From Octopus bimaculoides (Eukaryota): a DNA stretch of 48,206 nt. Of the stretch, positions 26,080 to 38,909 are shown one piece after another; the first letter of the stretch is position 1; every line of letters begins with the position of its first letter. A program made the translations under genes and the position numbers. Below the pieces are notes generated by a model that was not told where the DNA came from, searched no databases, and was given only the letters and a program-made list of their open reading frames with translations. The stretch is from the NCBI RefSeq assembly GCF_001194135.2, contig NC_068991.1, positions 80,289,380-80,337,585 on the forward strand, given 5' to 3'.

Positions 26080-26190
26080 AAGTTGTTTGATTAAGAAGTT
26101 TGCATACCGAACAAATGGTTCAGTCCCAATGCGTTCAGACCCGATGTGTGGCATTTTGGGTAAATGTCTTCTGCTACAGACTGGGATATA
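26080..26190 (+). mobile_element. SINE family B 5' fragment
   Basis: ttaagaagtttgc...atggttcagtccc...tgtggcattttgggtaaatgtcttctgcta. Confidence 0.6.
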
Positions 26191-26324
26191 TTTTTCGATG
26201 GACACCTTTTAGCGATGGTCTCTATCCGGTCCTCATTTCTTGGTTTGTGATTGAAATGCACAAAAAGATATTGTAGAAAGAATTGTCAATGTTCCTTTTA
26301 TGAAAGGAAAATATTCAAGATGTC

Positions 26325-26361
26325 TCCTCTCTCTCCCCTCTTGCCTCTCTCTCCCCTCTTG

Positions 26362-26442
<81 letters not shown>

Positions 26443-26609
26443 ACTCTTTCTCCTCTTTCCCTCACTGTTATTTTATGTTTCCTTTAAAAAACAGAATAGG
26501 GATGTAAATAAATAAAAAGTAACAAACAAAACTCCTTTATTTATATCCATGCGTAGTAAAAGCAGCGCAATTAAGTCAAGAAATCTAAAAACGACAAATG
26601 AATCATCAC

Positions 26610-26667
<58 letters not shown>

Positions 26668-26735
26668 GTCGTCGTCGTCGTCATTATCATCATCGTCGTC
26701 GTCGTCGTCATTATCATCATCATCATCATCATCCC
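26325..26735. repeat. (CT)n (about 26325-26440) and (CAT)n/(CGT)n (about 26600-26735) microsatellites
   Basis: Read directly. Confidence 0.95.
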
Positions 26736-26940
26736 TTTCATCATAGTTGTCAAGATCATTGTCCCCAAGTAGTGGGAAAGAAGGTGGAGAAAACTGGGGG
26801 AAAGTAAGAAGAGGAGGACGAATAAGAAAGAAATAGGATAAAGCTCGAAAGAAAGGAGAGAAAGAAAGATGGGAGGAAGAAAGGAGAGGAAGAAAGAGGA
26901 GAGGATATACACAAAGTATAACAAATAAACTCCATTTCGT

Positions 26941-27026
26941 TTTCTTTAATATGATTTTTTCTTTATTATGATTTTTTTCTTTATTATGACTTTTTTCTTT
27001 ATTATGACTTGTTTTCTTTATTATGA
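26941..27026. repeat. Minisatellite, 5 copies of (T)nCTTTATTATGA
   Basis: Five consecutive units of 14-19 bp, differing mainly in T-run length. Confidence 0.9.
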
Positions 27027-27449
27027 TATAAAAGAAAAAGAATCAATTGTTGATTCGGTTTATTTAATCAATTTTTGTCCAAAAAAATTACATTTACTTC
27101 TGAACAAAGAATTCCAGCATTTTGAAAGTTTGTGCATCGATCTGTAACTGTTTCGATAATTCTCAATAGTTTATGTAATAGATCATAATGTCTTATATTC
27201 TGAGACTTGATATTAGTTTTATTGTCATTCTTATTGTCGCCATTTTACTGCCCTTTGACACCTTTGATGCCTGGCCATAGAAGAGAAATAGTCTCTCTTG
27301 AGGTTAACTTGCTCTCGGTATTCAACAGCAAAATGAAGGCAGCTCTGATCATGAAATTCTTTATTAAGTGTTCTAGAATACAGAAGGATTTAGATATCAT
27401 GCAGAAAGATTTCAAGGCTGGAAATTACTAAAACTAAGCTTAATCTATA

Positions 27450-27640
27450 TCTTTTTTGAAGCGTCTTTAATTTCTGTTTTAGATTTAGTTCATTGTTATT
27501 TATTTGGTTTTTTACATGGCTGACTTCGGTCGAGGTTACTAACTTACTGTAGACCTCATCTGAGGTCAATGATATAAAGTTAACCTTTGAAGGATTTGAA
27601 CCTGGAATATAAAGTGCCATAAATTAATGCTGCAAAAAAT
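27450..27640 (-). mobile_element. Old SINE family A copy
   Basis: Minus strand reads tattccaggttcaaatcc...ggttaacttt, the family B-box region. Confidence 0.5.
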
Positions 27641-29092
27641 ATTGTGCAACATTTAAATCATGGGCGTTCACGCCGGTTTTCATATGCACTGTAGTTAAAT
27701 AACGTAACCTCAACGACATTGTGCTTCATATAGCGAGGAATATAAACGGGCTTGAAACAAGATGTAAAAGAGTAATGCAAAGAAGCCAGAATTATGATGT
27801 AAAATTGGTGTGTCACATTTTATTTTTTGTTGCTTGTACCACCTGAAGCATTGTTTTGTTAAATGAAGAAGTAATGACATTAAAAATGGGATTTAAAAAA
27901 TTTATTGAATTAAAATATGTTCCATTATATTCAATTACATCGTTGGAAACGCGTATTAAATTAAATATGCAAATTATAAAACGTTGTTCGTGTTTTGAGA
28001 CTTGTTGGTTCGCTGATCCTTTAATAACAATTCCAAATGTTGTAAAATGTGATGATGCGTTGGGGAGATTCTTGATGACAACGGGGCACGCAATATAATT
28101 ACGTAACCTGGCTCTGTTAATATCCGAAGTGTAATGTCAGAAGTATGTGGTTGAGTGTTATCGTCAGACAAAATTTGTCCAACTGTGTTAAGCGATGTTG
28201 GTGCTTTGACTTTAATTTTTCATGTTTACAGTCCATTTCATGGCACTGTGATGTTACACTAGTTGATTACTACTTTTGCAAAAATAAAGTATTAATAATT
28301 GAAACCCCTTCATGCAAAGTTCCATACATTCACTTTAACCATTTAAGATGCGTTTGCTTTTTAAAATGTTTAAAACTTTTCGGACGTCTGCATCTAAGCA
28401 TTGCTCAGCTCGTTTTATATTATCAAACGATTTGCGTTGTGGTTCCCCATTATGGCTATTGCTTCTCCTCGCTGAAACAAAAATAAAAATATCCTTTTCT
28501 CTTCACAGGTAACAAAACGGTGCATAAAGTTTTCTTTATGTTGCCAATGAGCTACGTTACATTCCACTTTAGTTGCCACAATTTCTGATTTTCAGACAAT
28601 TCTTGTGGAATCTAATTATCGAGCTTCATCATTTTACTGATGAGGAAAAAAATAGCAGGAAGAGTCTTAGAAGATATTACCAAGTCTACTGCAAGTTATT
28701 TGCCCGTCGTTTTAGAGTTTCTTGCTAGCAGTATTCTTCATCGCACTTCCTTTGTAACATATTTATTTTTTTCATGAAGAACGATATTAATGATTTCGTT
28801 TTTTCAGTGCAAAATTTCTGAAACTGCACCATTCATGGGTTAACACAACATTCTCCAAACGTCTAAATTATTGTTTTTATAGTTTCGGTTACATTTGTTC
28901 TAATTTAGAGAAAAAGCAACAAAAAATATACATTGCTCTCTGAAAGAGTTCCTTCGCGCCTTTGATCCTGCAATCCCTGTTCTAAACTCTGTGCTTTGTA
29001 TTTTAAACGCAATGGGCCAGGGATTCTGAACACTGATGTCATTTTCCCACGCGACATGAAACAAAACAAATTTATTTATTATCAGAACGTGT

Positions 29093-29400
29093 AGGTGCAA
29101 ATGTGGTTGTGTGGTTAAGAAGCAACCAAATGGTCTCAGGAATCCGTCGTGTTTGTGTGTTTGTGTTTGTCTCCCCGCTGCTTGACAACAAGTGTTGGCT
29201 TGTTTCCATCACTATGGAGGCGAGTGACAGAATTGTTAGCGTGTCGGACAAAATGCGTAGCAGCATTTCTTCCGATTCTTTGCGTTCTAAGTTCATGTTG
29301 ATAAAATAAGGTACCAGTTAAGTACTGGAATCGTTATAATCGATTAACCTTCTCCTCATAACATTTTTTCGCCTTGTGTCAAACCTTTGAAAGCAATATT
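29093..29400 (+). mobile_element. Composite: deleted SINE family B followed directly by SINE family A
   Basis: gtggttgtgtggttaagaagc...gtgtttgtctcccc...gcttgacaac (B), then ggaggcgagtgacagaattgttagc...aaaatgc...ttctaagttca...gataaaataaggtaccag (A). Confidence 0.75.
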
Positions 29401-31090
29401 CCTGGCAGGATTTCTAAGAAGTCTTTAAATGATCTTGCAACAAGATTTCTTTCAAATTATTCTTTGCCGCCTAAAAAAGAAAGTAACAGTGTTATAATAG
29501 AAATGCAATGATCGAGATGAGGATGGAATGGAGAACGATGGAATCTCTTTGATCTCTTTCAAGGAAACTTGTTGAATGATTTAATCGTAGATATTCAGTG
29601 ACTGAAAGAGGAATAGAGTCATCATAACTGGAGCTTTTTTGGATCATAAGTCTACTCGTCCAGGACTGACCTGAGACAAAACAAAAAGAAGGACCCTGGA
29701 GTATATGTGAATGAACTGTTAAATGCAATTAACATATGTTGTTTTATTATAAAACGAAATGTGTAAGTAAAGGATCAATTGTCTATCTCCTGTTACTAGT
29801 GCTGTACTGGACCCTAATTAAAGCTATTTAACCCCTATGACCCCTAATTAGTTAATTATAAATATTACAGTATAACATGAAGCAACTCACCATTGTGAAT
29901 AGTAGTATGAATGTAAAGAGCAGAAATATTTTGTTTTCTTTGATTATCAAGCAACATTCAACTTCAGTTATTAGTAAAACTTGGACGAAATAAGTTCTGC
30001 CACATTAGTTTCTTATTTATGTGTTCAATTAAGATGCAATGTTCGATGAAGGACCGAAAACTCAGTGAGTTATGGTACTCATCATTGTTACAAACGAGAA
30101 CAGGTCAATCATTTGAAATTTCCTTTCTTTCCTACCCATGTCATTCCAGCACCCAGTTGTTCTAGAGGAACCTTAACTGCGTTGATTTAACTTGTCCCAC
30201 AAATCCCATGAGAGCCACGGGCCTTCGCCGGACTTTGTGAGGTTCTTCTGGGAAGATTATGAACCTCTAAAGGGTGATGATTGCCCAACTGAAAATAAAA
30301 TTTCCTCGAGAGATAGAGAGAAAGTGAGGGTGAAGTTCCGTGTCTTGGACCTTGTCTTGCCTGATGATTTTCAATACATACATACATACACGCACACACA
30401 GATTTTATACCGGTGTATTTTTACCTGGGTTCAGATAGCAAAGATTGTTTCTAGAATTGTTTTCGTGTATCATACAAGTGAGAGGTCGTCGTATCTGGAT
30501 ATTTGTGAATAGTTGAAGAGAATAGCGTAACAAAAATATTGATATTATAGGTTAAATAATAAATGTTTGTGATTTTTCTTTCTGGAAAATGTCATTCAAG
30601 TTCCAGACATTGTGAATTCTTCATTGAATAGATTCTTAATTATATCATTTACCTAGCAGACAGCACGAACTGATTTCGCTAATCAGATTGAATACAAATC
30701 TTCTTACAACTAGCCTCTCATTTTATCTTAGAAAGAATAGATTCTGTAAAAGACAAAAACAGACTTGCAGTTCTACCATTTTCCTTTACTGCATTAACAT
30801 ATCTCGGAATTAGAGCTCCATATTACTTTATATGAAGGAACCATGCTTTATTTATCTTGGTGGACACCTAGTGTGTGTGTGGGTATGAGTGGTGGGATGT
30901 TTGTATGTGTGTATGCGCGTGCGCGTACATAAATGTGTGTATATGCTTGTACACTCCCCATCGTCTTCCTGGGTTTCCTTGATTCGAGCCCTCACGCTCG
31001 CTTTCATTACTTTTCTTTCGCCTTTTTCTCACATGGGGTCTCAAGTGACTGTAAAGAGGCAGAAATAGATAGATAGATAGATAGATAGAC

Positions 31091-31129
<39 letters not shown>

Positions 31130-32882
31130 TGCAGCGTGGTCTAGTTGTTTAACGCACTCACCGGTTCGCTTTCCACTCATTTAGTTATTTACTTGTAAAA
31201 TTTTCGTTGCGTTTCGCAACTTTTTCAATAGTCGTTGACTCTGTCCGTTATCAGAGCTGCGTTTTCTTTTGTTTGTTTGTTTGTTTGTGCCCAATGTGCG
31301 TCAGTGTGCATGTGTATACACATATGTATGCATGTAAGTGTGTACGTATGTATGTATGTATGTATGTATGTATGTGTATGGATGCATGGGTATGGATGCA
31401 TCCTCACCGTTATTGAACGGTCCAGTTCTATGGAAAAACAAACCATTCAGCAGATATAGCCAATCCTATATGACTCGATTTCGACCCAACTACATTCAAA
31501 TACGTCTCCCAGAAACTTTATATCCTTGTATCATTTGTATCGACCACCACGCTTCTAATTCTTTCTTAATTGCGACTTTATTTTCTGTTTTGGACTAAAT
31601 CGTTTAAGAAAATCATCTTATGGTTGTGGAGGCCATCCGAGTGGCTTTTTCCGATCCCTTGAATAGCGCGCGAGAAAGAGAGGAAGGGAGAGGGAAATAG
31701 AGAGTAAAAGAGAGAGAGAGAGAGTGATAGTACGATAAAGAGCATGAGAGAGGGATAGATAGAGAGAGAAAATGAGGGTGGGCAGTCAGACAGATAGACA
31801 GTCGGACGGACGGACGGGCGGACGGACGGCGGACGGACGACGGATGGATTTTTGAATCAACCGTGAGAAACTCGGAGTAAGAATTTGTGGAGATTCAGTT
31901 CTTAATAAGCTACCTGACTACATTTTTTTGTTATTGTTACCTTTTTCTTTACACCTACGAATAGAGACATACATTTATACGAATCTGTGTTTGGGAAGTT
32001 TTTTTTGTTGTTGTTTCGTTTTGTTTTTTCGGAATTTTAAAATTGCTATTTTTAAAAGATAAATAAATTGATATTTTAGTTTACTGTCAAACATATTTGT
32101 TTTATCTTATTATCTTACTCAATAATGTGTTCTTGATAATTAAATCTTGTCTAATTTAATTGAGTATACAACTGATAAACAAACAAGACACTGATTTTAA
32201 AAATACAAAACCGCAGCTGAACAAATATGTTGTTCTATAAGCAAATGAAGAAATTTCTACCTGGTCGTTCTTCATGTTAGAAATAGCAGCCAAATCTCCC
32301 TCAGAACAGATGCTACTATTTTAAAAAGAAGAGCGCAGGAAGGACAAATTGGACGTTACACTCCTAATATCTGGGAAAAAACATGTTATGATCATAACAA
32401 GAAAGCCTCTAATTATAAATATGATTAATAGGAGATAACCCTGTGTTAAACAACAAAGCGTTGCCCTTTAAATAGACAAGTTAAAATGTATTAGATGTGG
32501 AATTGGCATCTAGTAAGTTAACTGAAAAGAATATTTTTGTCCTAAAACTCGACGGTATGATCATATCAGGAACGCCTTTATTTATTGACGCGGTCAATAA
32601 AGGCTAACCTAAAGCTTAACAACAACATATTGCCCTTAAAATGTATTTAGGTGCGGTTAAACAGCGACACGTTGCCCTTATAATTAAACAGTTTAGGATA
32701 TATTTCATGTGTGGTTCAACAACGACTTGCTACTAAGTGACGGTTGAAGATGCAGTTCATAGATATCTGATAAGGTAATTAAAGTGAAACTTTTAGTCTA
32801 AATTCTGTATTATAAGGGTTTTCCGACACATAATATGCACTATTTTATAATGAGTTATATTGTGGACTTTTTTTTAATTCAG

Positions 32883-32970
32883 GAACTTGAGGGATAGAGA
32901 CCTGTTCTCTAAATCTGATCCAGTATGCATTCTCTACACAAAGAATTTCAAAAGTGAAACGTTTTATGAG
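32883..32970 (+). CDS. CPNE: Internal coding exon of a copine (calcium-dependent phospholipid-binding protein), first C2 domain
   Basis: Acceptor ttttttaattcAG|G (phase 2) and donor GAG|GTAAGT (phase 0). The exon encodes (R)NLRDRDLFSKSDPVCILYTKNFKSETFYE, matching the copine C2A signature NL.D.D.FSKSDP.C.LY. The paralogue cannot be assigned, and other exons were not found in the window. Confidence 0.93.
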
Positions 32971-33281
32971 GTAAGTTACTTTGTCTCCTTCTCTTTACAC
33001 ACTTTCACAGAATCTCTCTCACACATCATACACCCAAACACACAAAGACATCTTCCTTGTTCAGTTGTAAACTCATCTGAACAGAGTTCGTTTAATTAAA
33101 GTGTATGCGGTTGAGTACTCCACAGACACGTCTTTAATACTCATGCGAAATCAGTGTGACATTGTTCGACATAGCTGTATCTTTTGAATTATAGCTACAA
33201 TTCATCCGAAGGGCTTCCATACAGTTTCCATCTACTGAATTTTACTCGCAAGTGTCAGTACTTTTACTCGCAAGTGTCAGC

Positions 33282-34610
33282 GCAAGGAAGAGTGTACAGA
33301 GTGTGGCCACATTCGAGGACAACGCCGGCAAGATCTTCTTATGTATTCTCCGACGACATCTGCCTGATGTTACCAACCTGGTCCTGCCTGAGTCTCAAAG
33401 TTGATTTCGACCAGTTCTGACATGATATTTGTAGCCCGTCTTCTTGAAAAGTGTGGTGAACAGTAGAGACATACATTTCGCCTTCATCAATCCAAGACAG
33501 ACGTTTGACACGGTCAACCGTCCTATGTTGTGGCTCCTGTTTCAGTATTTTGGTTGTCCACTAACATTTCTCTCGATAGCCCAGAAGTTTCATGATGGTA
33601 TGCTTGCGAGAGTAATACTTGGCGGTGAAGCGTCGGAACCCTTTGATGTCCAGGTAGGGATAGAGCAAGAATGCATCCTAACCCCTGTACATTTTAACGT
33701 TTACCTAATGGCTGTAACCCTTCTTTCTAGGAGACAGTTAATCAAAAAACACAGAATTTGTATCACGTAACTCTATGATGACAGCGTCTTTAACACTTGC
33801 TGCCAGAAAGTCACATCAGAAATCCTCTCAACCATGGAGAATGAGATTCAATATGCTGACGATTCACCTGTGCCATCTTATACCGCTGCCTCTTTTCAAA
33901 GCATGTCAAACTCAGTGAAGAGTTCTTAATCCCGGTTTGGTCTTAAAGTAAAATATCAAAAAACTGAAGTTCTCCAATTACCCTTCCCCTACTTACCTCC
34001 CCCCATCTCGTCCCTTTTGATGATGCTCCTCTACGGCGGGAGGACTCATTTCACAATCTCTAACACTGGACTCCTTGACGAGGCGATACTTCGTCGGATC
34101 AACTTGGCCTCTGCATCTTTCATGAGACTCAGCGAACGAGTCTTTCAGAACAAGAACCTTAGAGCAGGCACAAAAATATCCGTTTATCGAGATGCCCCTG
34201 TATCCACCCTTCTGTATAACTCTGAGTGCTGGACCCTTTATCAGTGCCAGATCAGACAACTGGAAGCCTTCCATATCCGTTCGCTCCAATATATCCCGGG
34301 TCATCACATCGAAGGACAAGGTGCCTCGTACCGAAACACACTCGAGGGCCGGGATCTACAGCATTGAGGCCTGCACTCTTCGTCGTCTTTTCCACTGGGT
34401 TGGCCATGATTCGTATGTCAGCTAACCAGTTCCCAAAGGATGATTCGCTTCAGCAAGATCGAGACAGGAAGTAGGCCTCGTTCATGCGGTGTTCTTCCCG
34501 ATCGGTTGGAGCTCCTGGCTGTTAATCGGAAGGTATAGATGTCTGTGTGAGATGCTGGAGTAAAGATATTTTAAACTGAATGAAGGAGACTGCATGAAGT
34601 CGGGTTGCTT
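33282..34610 (+). mobile_element. Decayed RTE-clade LINE (RT region) in the copine intron, sense orientation
   Basis: AGKIFLCILRR..VLPESQS*FRP, TFDTVNR..LW..FGCP, HDGMLARV, GIEQECILTP..FNVY, QYADD (33849-33863), FGLKV..KTEV, RINLASASF.RL..RVF, TKISVY, LLYNSECW and LEAFH. Confidence 0.93.
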
Positions 34611-35490
34611 TGACAGAGGAAACTTCGTGGTATCTCAAAGACCCCTTAAACTTGTGAATCGCATGTGTTATGACCACACATCGTCTAAATGGATTTGTTA
34701 TCCGATAACGACAAATAATGCTCAATATATAATCATTTCTTTTACGGGTTTGAGATTCCACTGAACAATCATAAAAGATTCCTCCATTGATAAGGCACCA
34801 ACCTATTACTGGTAACTTGTCTATGAAATCTCTTTCTTTCAGAAGTCAACAAAACATTTGTCAATTAAATATTTCTATCACAACTTACAGAGTTGTCATA
34901 ACAGCTTCTGGTCTTTACTTGTGTTTCATTTATTGACGTAGCCATTAACAGTTAAGTGTCTTTTCTACTGACACGGTGGAATACAGCTTACAGAATTTTA
35001 ATGCTAGACTGCTCAATTGCTTGATGGTAGACAATATTAACTTGGTCATTCATGGCTTCAGATAATTATTGTGGCACCAATAATTATAATTGTGATTGCT
35101 TTACTGTTTTTCCTTTGTAGAACTTTTCATGTTATGAATGTCAATGATTTCTCTTGGAGAAGCTACAAAAATATACAAATCTCGCATGCACTGAAAATTA
35201 TTCAAACTGTTATATTCTCCAAGACTAGCTGTCAACATAATTAGTATTTCGAATTGACACCTAAACACTTCGAAATTTTACCATAAAGCCGTCATGACAG
35301 AATTACCCTAATTTTTGCGAACGTTTAACGAAATTTAATTGCTATATTGTAAAAGTATTAAATCGATATTCATCAAATTCTTTCTACAGCGTGAAATAAT
35401 ATTCAACAAACATGTTATTAGATCGATATAATTAAATTCCTATTTCCAAGATCTTCCCTACCTTTGCTTTATTCTTTGTCCTTCACTAGA

Positions 35491-35885
35491 GTCACAGAAA
35501 TAGAAAATAATTTTATAAACTACGTCTGTATTATTTTTAATGTAATGATATTTAGTCTTCCAAACATGGTTATGTGTTCAAACTTAAAACACCTGGCTTT
35601 GATAGCATATTTGTCTTTCGTAGCCACAAAATCACATAATCTTTATGCTGTATTCTTTGTCAAACATATGCGTCTATTTGTTTTTGTGTTTTGAAATTCT
35701 ATATACTGTTGTCATGGAAATAGGAAATAATTTTATACAATACGTCTGCTCTATATTTAATACAGCAGTGTTAAAACGTTCATCTATAGCCACGATGACT
35801 ACAGTGTTAAATGCTGAAACACCTGGTCTTGTTGATATATTATTATCCACAGATGCAAAATCCTATCGCCTTTATATGAATTAGA
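35491..35885. repeat. Diverged two-copy tandem duplication, unit about 220-230 bp
   Basis: 35491-35540 vs 35711-35760 match at 41/50 positions. Further matched blocks AAACACCTGG and CAAAATC lie at offsets of about 229-230. Confidence 0.8.
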
Positions 35886-36168
35886 ACGTCAATATATCTG
35901 AGACCAATATTATTGTGATTCCACATCCGTTGATTTGCATCAAGCTCAATGAATTCACTATGTATCCCTTTCATTATAGGATTTATGCGTTATTATTCCA
36001 TCGAATTTCGATTACAAATCATATATAAATGAGTTTACGAATATTTTTGCTTGTGGGGGGGGGCGTTTCCATGTTTGCCATCAAGTCTGCTTCACCAATA
36101 TCGTTATTTCCTCACACTCGCACTCACTATTACCTTCTCACAAACACGCTTTCACACCCATCTAACGA

Positions 36169-36388
<220 letters not shown>

Positions 36389-37556
36389 AAAAGAGAAATA
36401 TTCGTAAACAGATTCAGCCCGCGAATATGATAAGGTGCAATAAAAACTTCTAAAATACGCCATATTTATCGAATTCACGTACAGAGAACACATGACAAAT
36501 TCATCCGTTCGAATGCTAAAACTCGTAATATTTCATGTGTAAAATACACCAAAAGTTATTGCTGATGTTGTTCATTTAGTTTTGACGAATAGCTAAGTTA
36601 ATGTTTATTTTTCAGGATGCAATAAATCAGTTATGTGAGAAATATGTTTCTTTTAGCTAGTAATTGTTTGGTAGTTCCTCGTTAAGAATAGATATACGAG
36701 GTTGCAGGACTTTACCAATGCTGGTAGTTTAATCCCAAATGCGAAAGACAAAAAGAGACACAGGTCACACATTCTGTAGTGATTAATGTAAGGACAGACT
36801 TGTTCTGTAATGAAACAATTGATTTTAAAATTATTAATATTATCCTCCTTTAAATTCTCAATTTATTTGGATGGAGACCTGAGTCTAAATTATTTAGTTC
36901 TTTCAACTCACAAGCCTCGTCCAACGATCCTGTGGCAACATCAAACAATTTCTGTGTTACTTTTAGACTGAAAACAATTATTATAAAATAATGTTTAGCG
37001 ATCATGACATTAATGTCAGAAACATTAATTAGAATGAAATTTTTTCCGAATTCTAAAGCACGTTCAAGAAGGAATTTAGTTAAATACGGTAAGAATTCTA
37101 CTATATCACACACTGCATAAATTTAACAAGGCACTTATAATACAAGACAATTAATCAAGAATTTTAACATCACAAGTTAGAATCATCTTTATGAAGTCTG
37201 AGTCACAATACAGAATAGATATGAATAAATAAGTCTATAGAAATCAGTTACAATATCACAAGACACAATAAAGAGTTTAGCTATTGGTTATACTGCTCTT
37301 TGAATTCCTTGTCCGTGAATCCCTAATAAATACTCAAAGTTACTATTGCCCTTTAACCCTGGGACAGCACATATATAAGCAAATTCGTTCAAGCTCTGGC
37401 CCTTCCGTCTATTCTTTCTTTTCTTAGTCACTATATGCTGAAGACTATTTTTATTTGTATGATGAGAGGATGTAATATGAGTGACATTTAGTTGTTACTT
37501 GTATAAGGTCGAGAGACATTATAAATTAATTTCTGAAATATAAATTAATTTCTGAT

Positions 37557-37755
37557 TGAGGCGGAAGGCATGAAATTTGGGAGCGGTGGTTTATTGATTA
37601 CATCAACCCCAGTATGTCTTTCTTGCATTATTCTATCGATCCCGAAAGAAAGAAAGGTGACGTTGACCACGGTGGAGTTTGAACACAGAAGGTAAAGAGC
37701 AGAACCAAAATACATAAGGAGTCTTTAGGACGCTCTAACGGTTCTGCCAGCTCGC
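37557..37755 (-). mobile_element. SINE family A copy
   Basis: gattacatcaaccccagt...atcgatcccgaaag...gagtttgaacacagaa...ctaacggttctgccagctcgc. Confidence 0.85.
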
Positions 37756-37984
37756 GTTCTAACACACTGTTGTAAATAAGTGAGAGAAGGTAAAACACAG
37801 CCTATGATTATCGCATCTTTTCCGGTGAGATTCGTGCTTCTATTACCCAGGCCGAATGGCTCCAAGTTGGAATTTATAACAATGTAAGCGAGGAAGAAAC
37901 CAACATTTACAATAGAGTGGGTTCCACTAGAGGCTTCCAGGCTCAAGTGACTGTATCTACAAGGTAAAGCAAAAATATTCTTAA

Positions 37985-38105
37985 TAGAGGCACGGTTTCC
38001 AAGTCTTTTGAAAAGGGTGTAGTTAAGTTAGTTAATTCTATAGTTTATCGACCTAGAAAGTATGCAATATAAAGTTTACCTCGTTGGATTTGAACCCATA
38101 ATGTA
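37985..38105 (-). mobile_element. Old SINE family A fragment
   Basis: tttatcgacctagaaag...aaagtttacctcgttggatttgaacccata. Confidence 0.55.
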
Positions 38106-38647
38106 AACAAATATAGAAAAATAAACAAATCATAAATGCACTCACTACCTCCTCTTTTAACATTAAAGGGATGTTTTATGGCATGATTGGCAAAGTGGGG
38201 ACAAAATACAGGCTTTTCCCCACTCTATGAGTTGTGCCACACAACATCCTTTTAATGGGGAGCAAGTTAAGAATGGAATATGTTTTAAATGTTAAACATT
38301 TGAAAACGTTTAATAACAAGATTAACAGAGACACTTAAATACATAGAGATGTTTTAAGAGAGAGAGTTTGACGGAAAGAAAAAGGAGCCATTTGAAAACA
38401 TACGTTTGCACACTTTGGTTACCTTCTCATTAGCGACTAAAAAAATATCAAAATTAACGATGAGAAATGAAAACAACAATTCTTCAAAGGTTAACAAAGA
38501 AAAAATGCAAAGAAAACCAGACATTTTCTTGAAATTTAAGGATGCGCTGTAAACATTTTCACAAAATATCGAAGAAGTAATTGAAGTTATATTCACAGGA
38601 AGAAAACATTGATCTCGGAGAAACTGTTTTGAGTTGTTTTGAATAGA

Positions 38648-38803
38648 TGCAGTAGTGGCTGTGTGGTAAGTAGCTTCCTTACCAATCACATGGTTCCGAG
38701 TTCAGTCCCACTGAGTGGCACTTTGTTTTCTACTATGGCCTCGAGCCGACCTAAGACTTGTCAGTGGATTTAGTAAACGGAAATTGGAAGAAGCCCGTCG
38801 TAT
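38648..38803 (+). mobile_element. SINE family B copy (tRNA-derived head)
   Basis: A-box TGGCTGTGTGG and B-box-like GAGTTCAGTCCC, followed by ctactatggcctcgagccgacc...gtggatttagtaaacggaaa...gaagcccgtcgta. Confidence 0.9.
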
Positions 38804-38851
38804 GTACAAGGGTTGGACAAAATGATAGAAACCCCCTAAAATTTCAAACAA

Positions 38852-38853
<2 letters not shown>

Positions 38854-38906
<53 letters not shown>
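38854..38906 (+). repeat. (AAT)n microsatellite
   Basis: About 17 perfect units. Confidence 0.98.

Positions 38907-38909
<3 letters not shown>

Noticed and set aside
27390-27620. 76-aa protein-like ORF (MALYIPGSNPSK...)
   Set aside because: Its N-terminal part is the SINE A B-box region read in frame; no recognisable domain.
32737-32774. Phase-compatible donor AAG|GTAATT, 108 nt upstream of the copine acceptor
   Set aside because: The frame (VTVEDAVHRYLIR) has no ATG, no good acceptor and no copine similarity.
35464-35884. BspA-type leucine-rich-repeat resemblance of VTEIENNF / VMEIGNNF
   Set aside because: No 23-residue periodicity and the remaining LRR consensus positions are absent.
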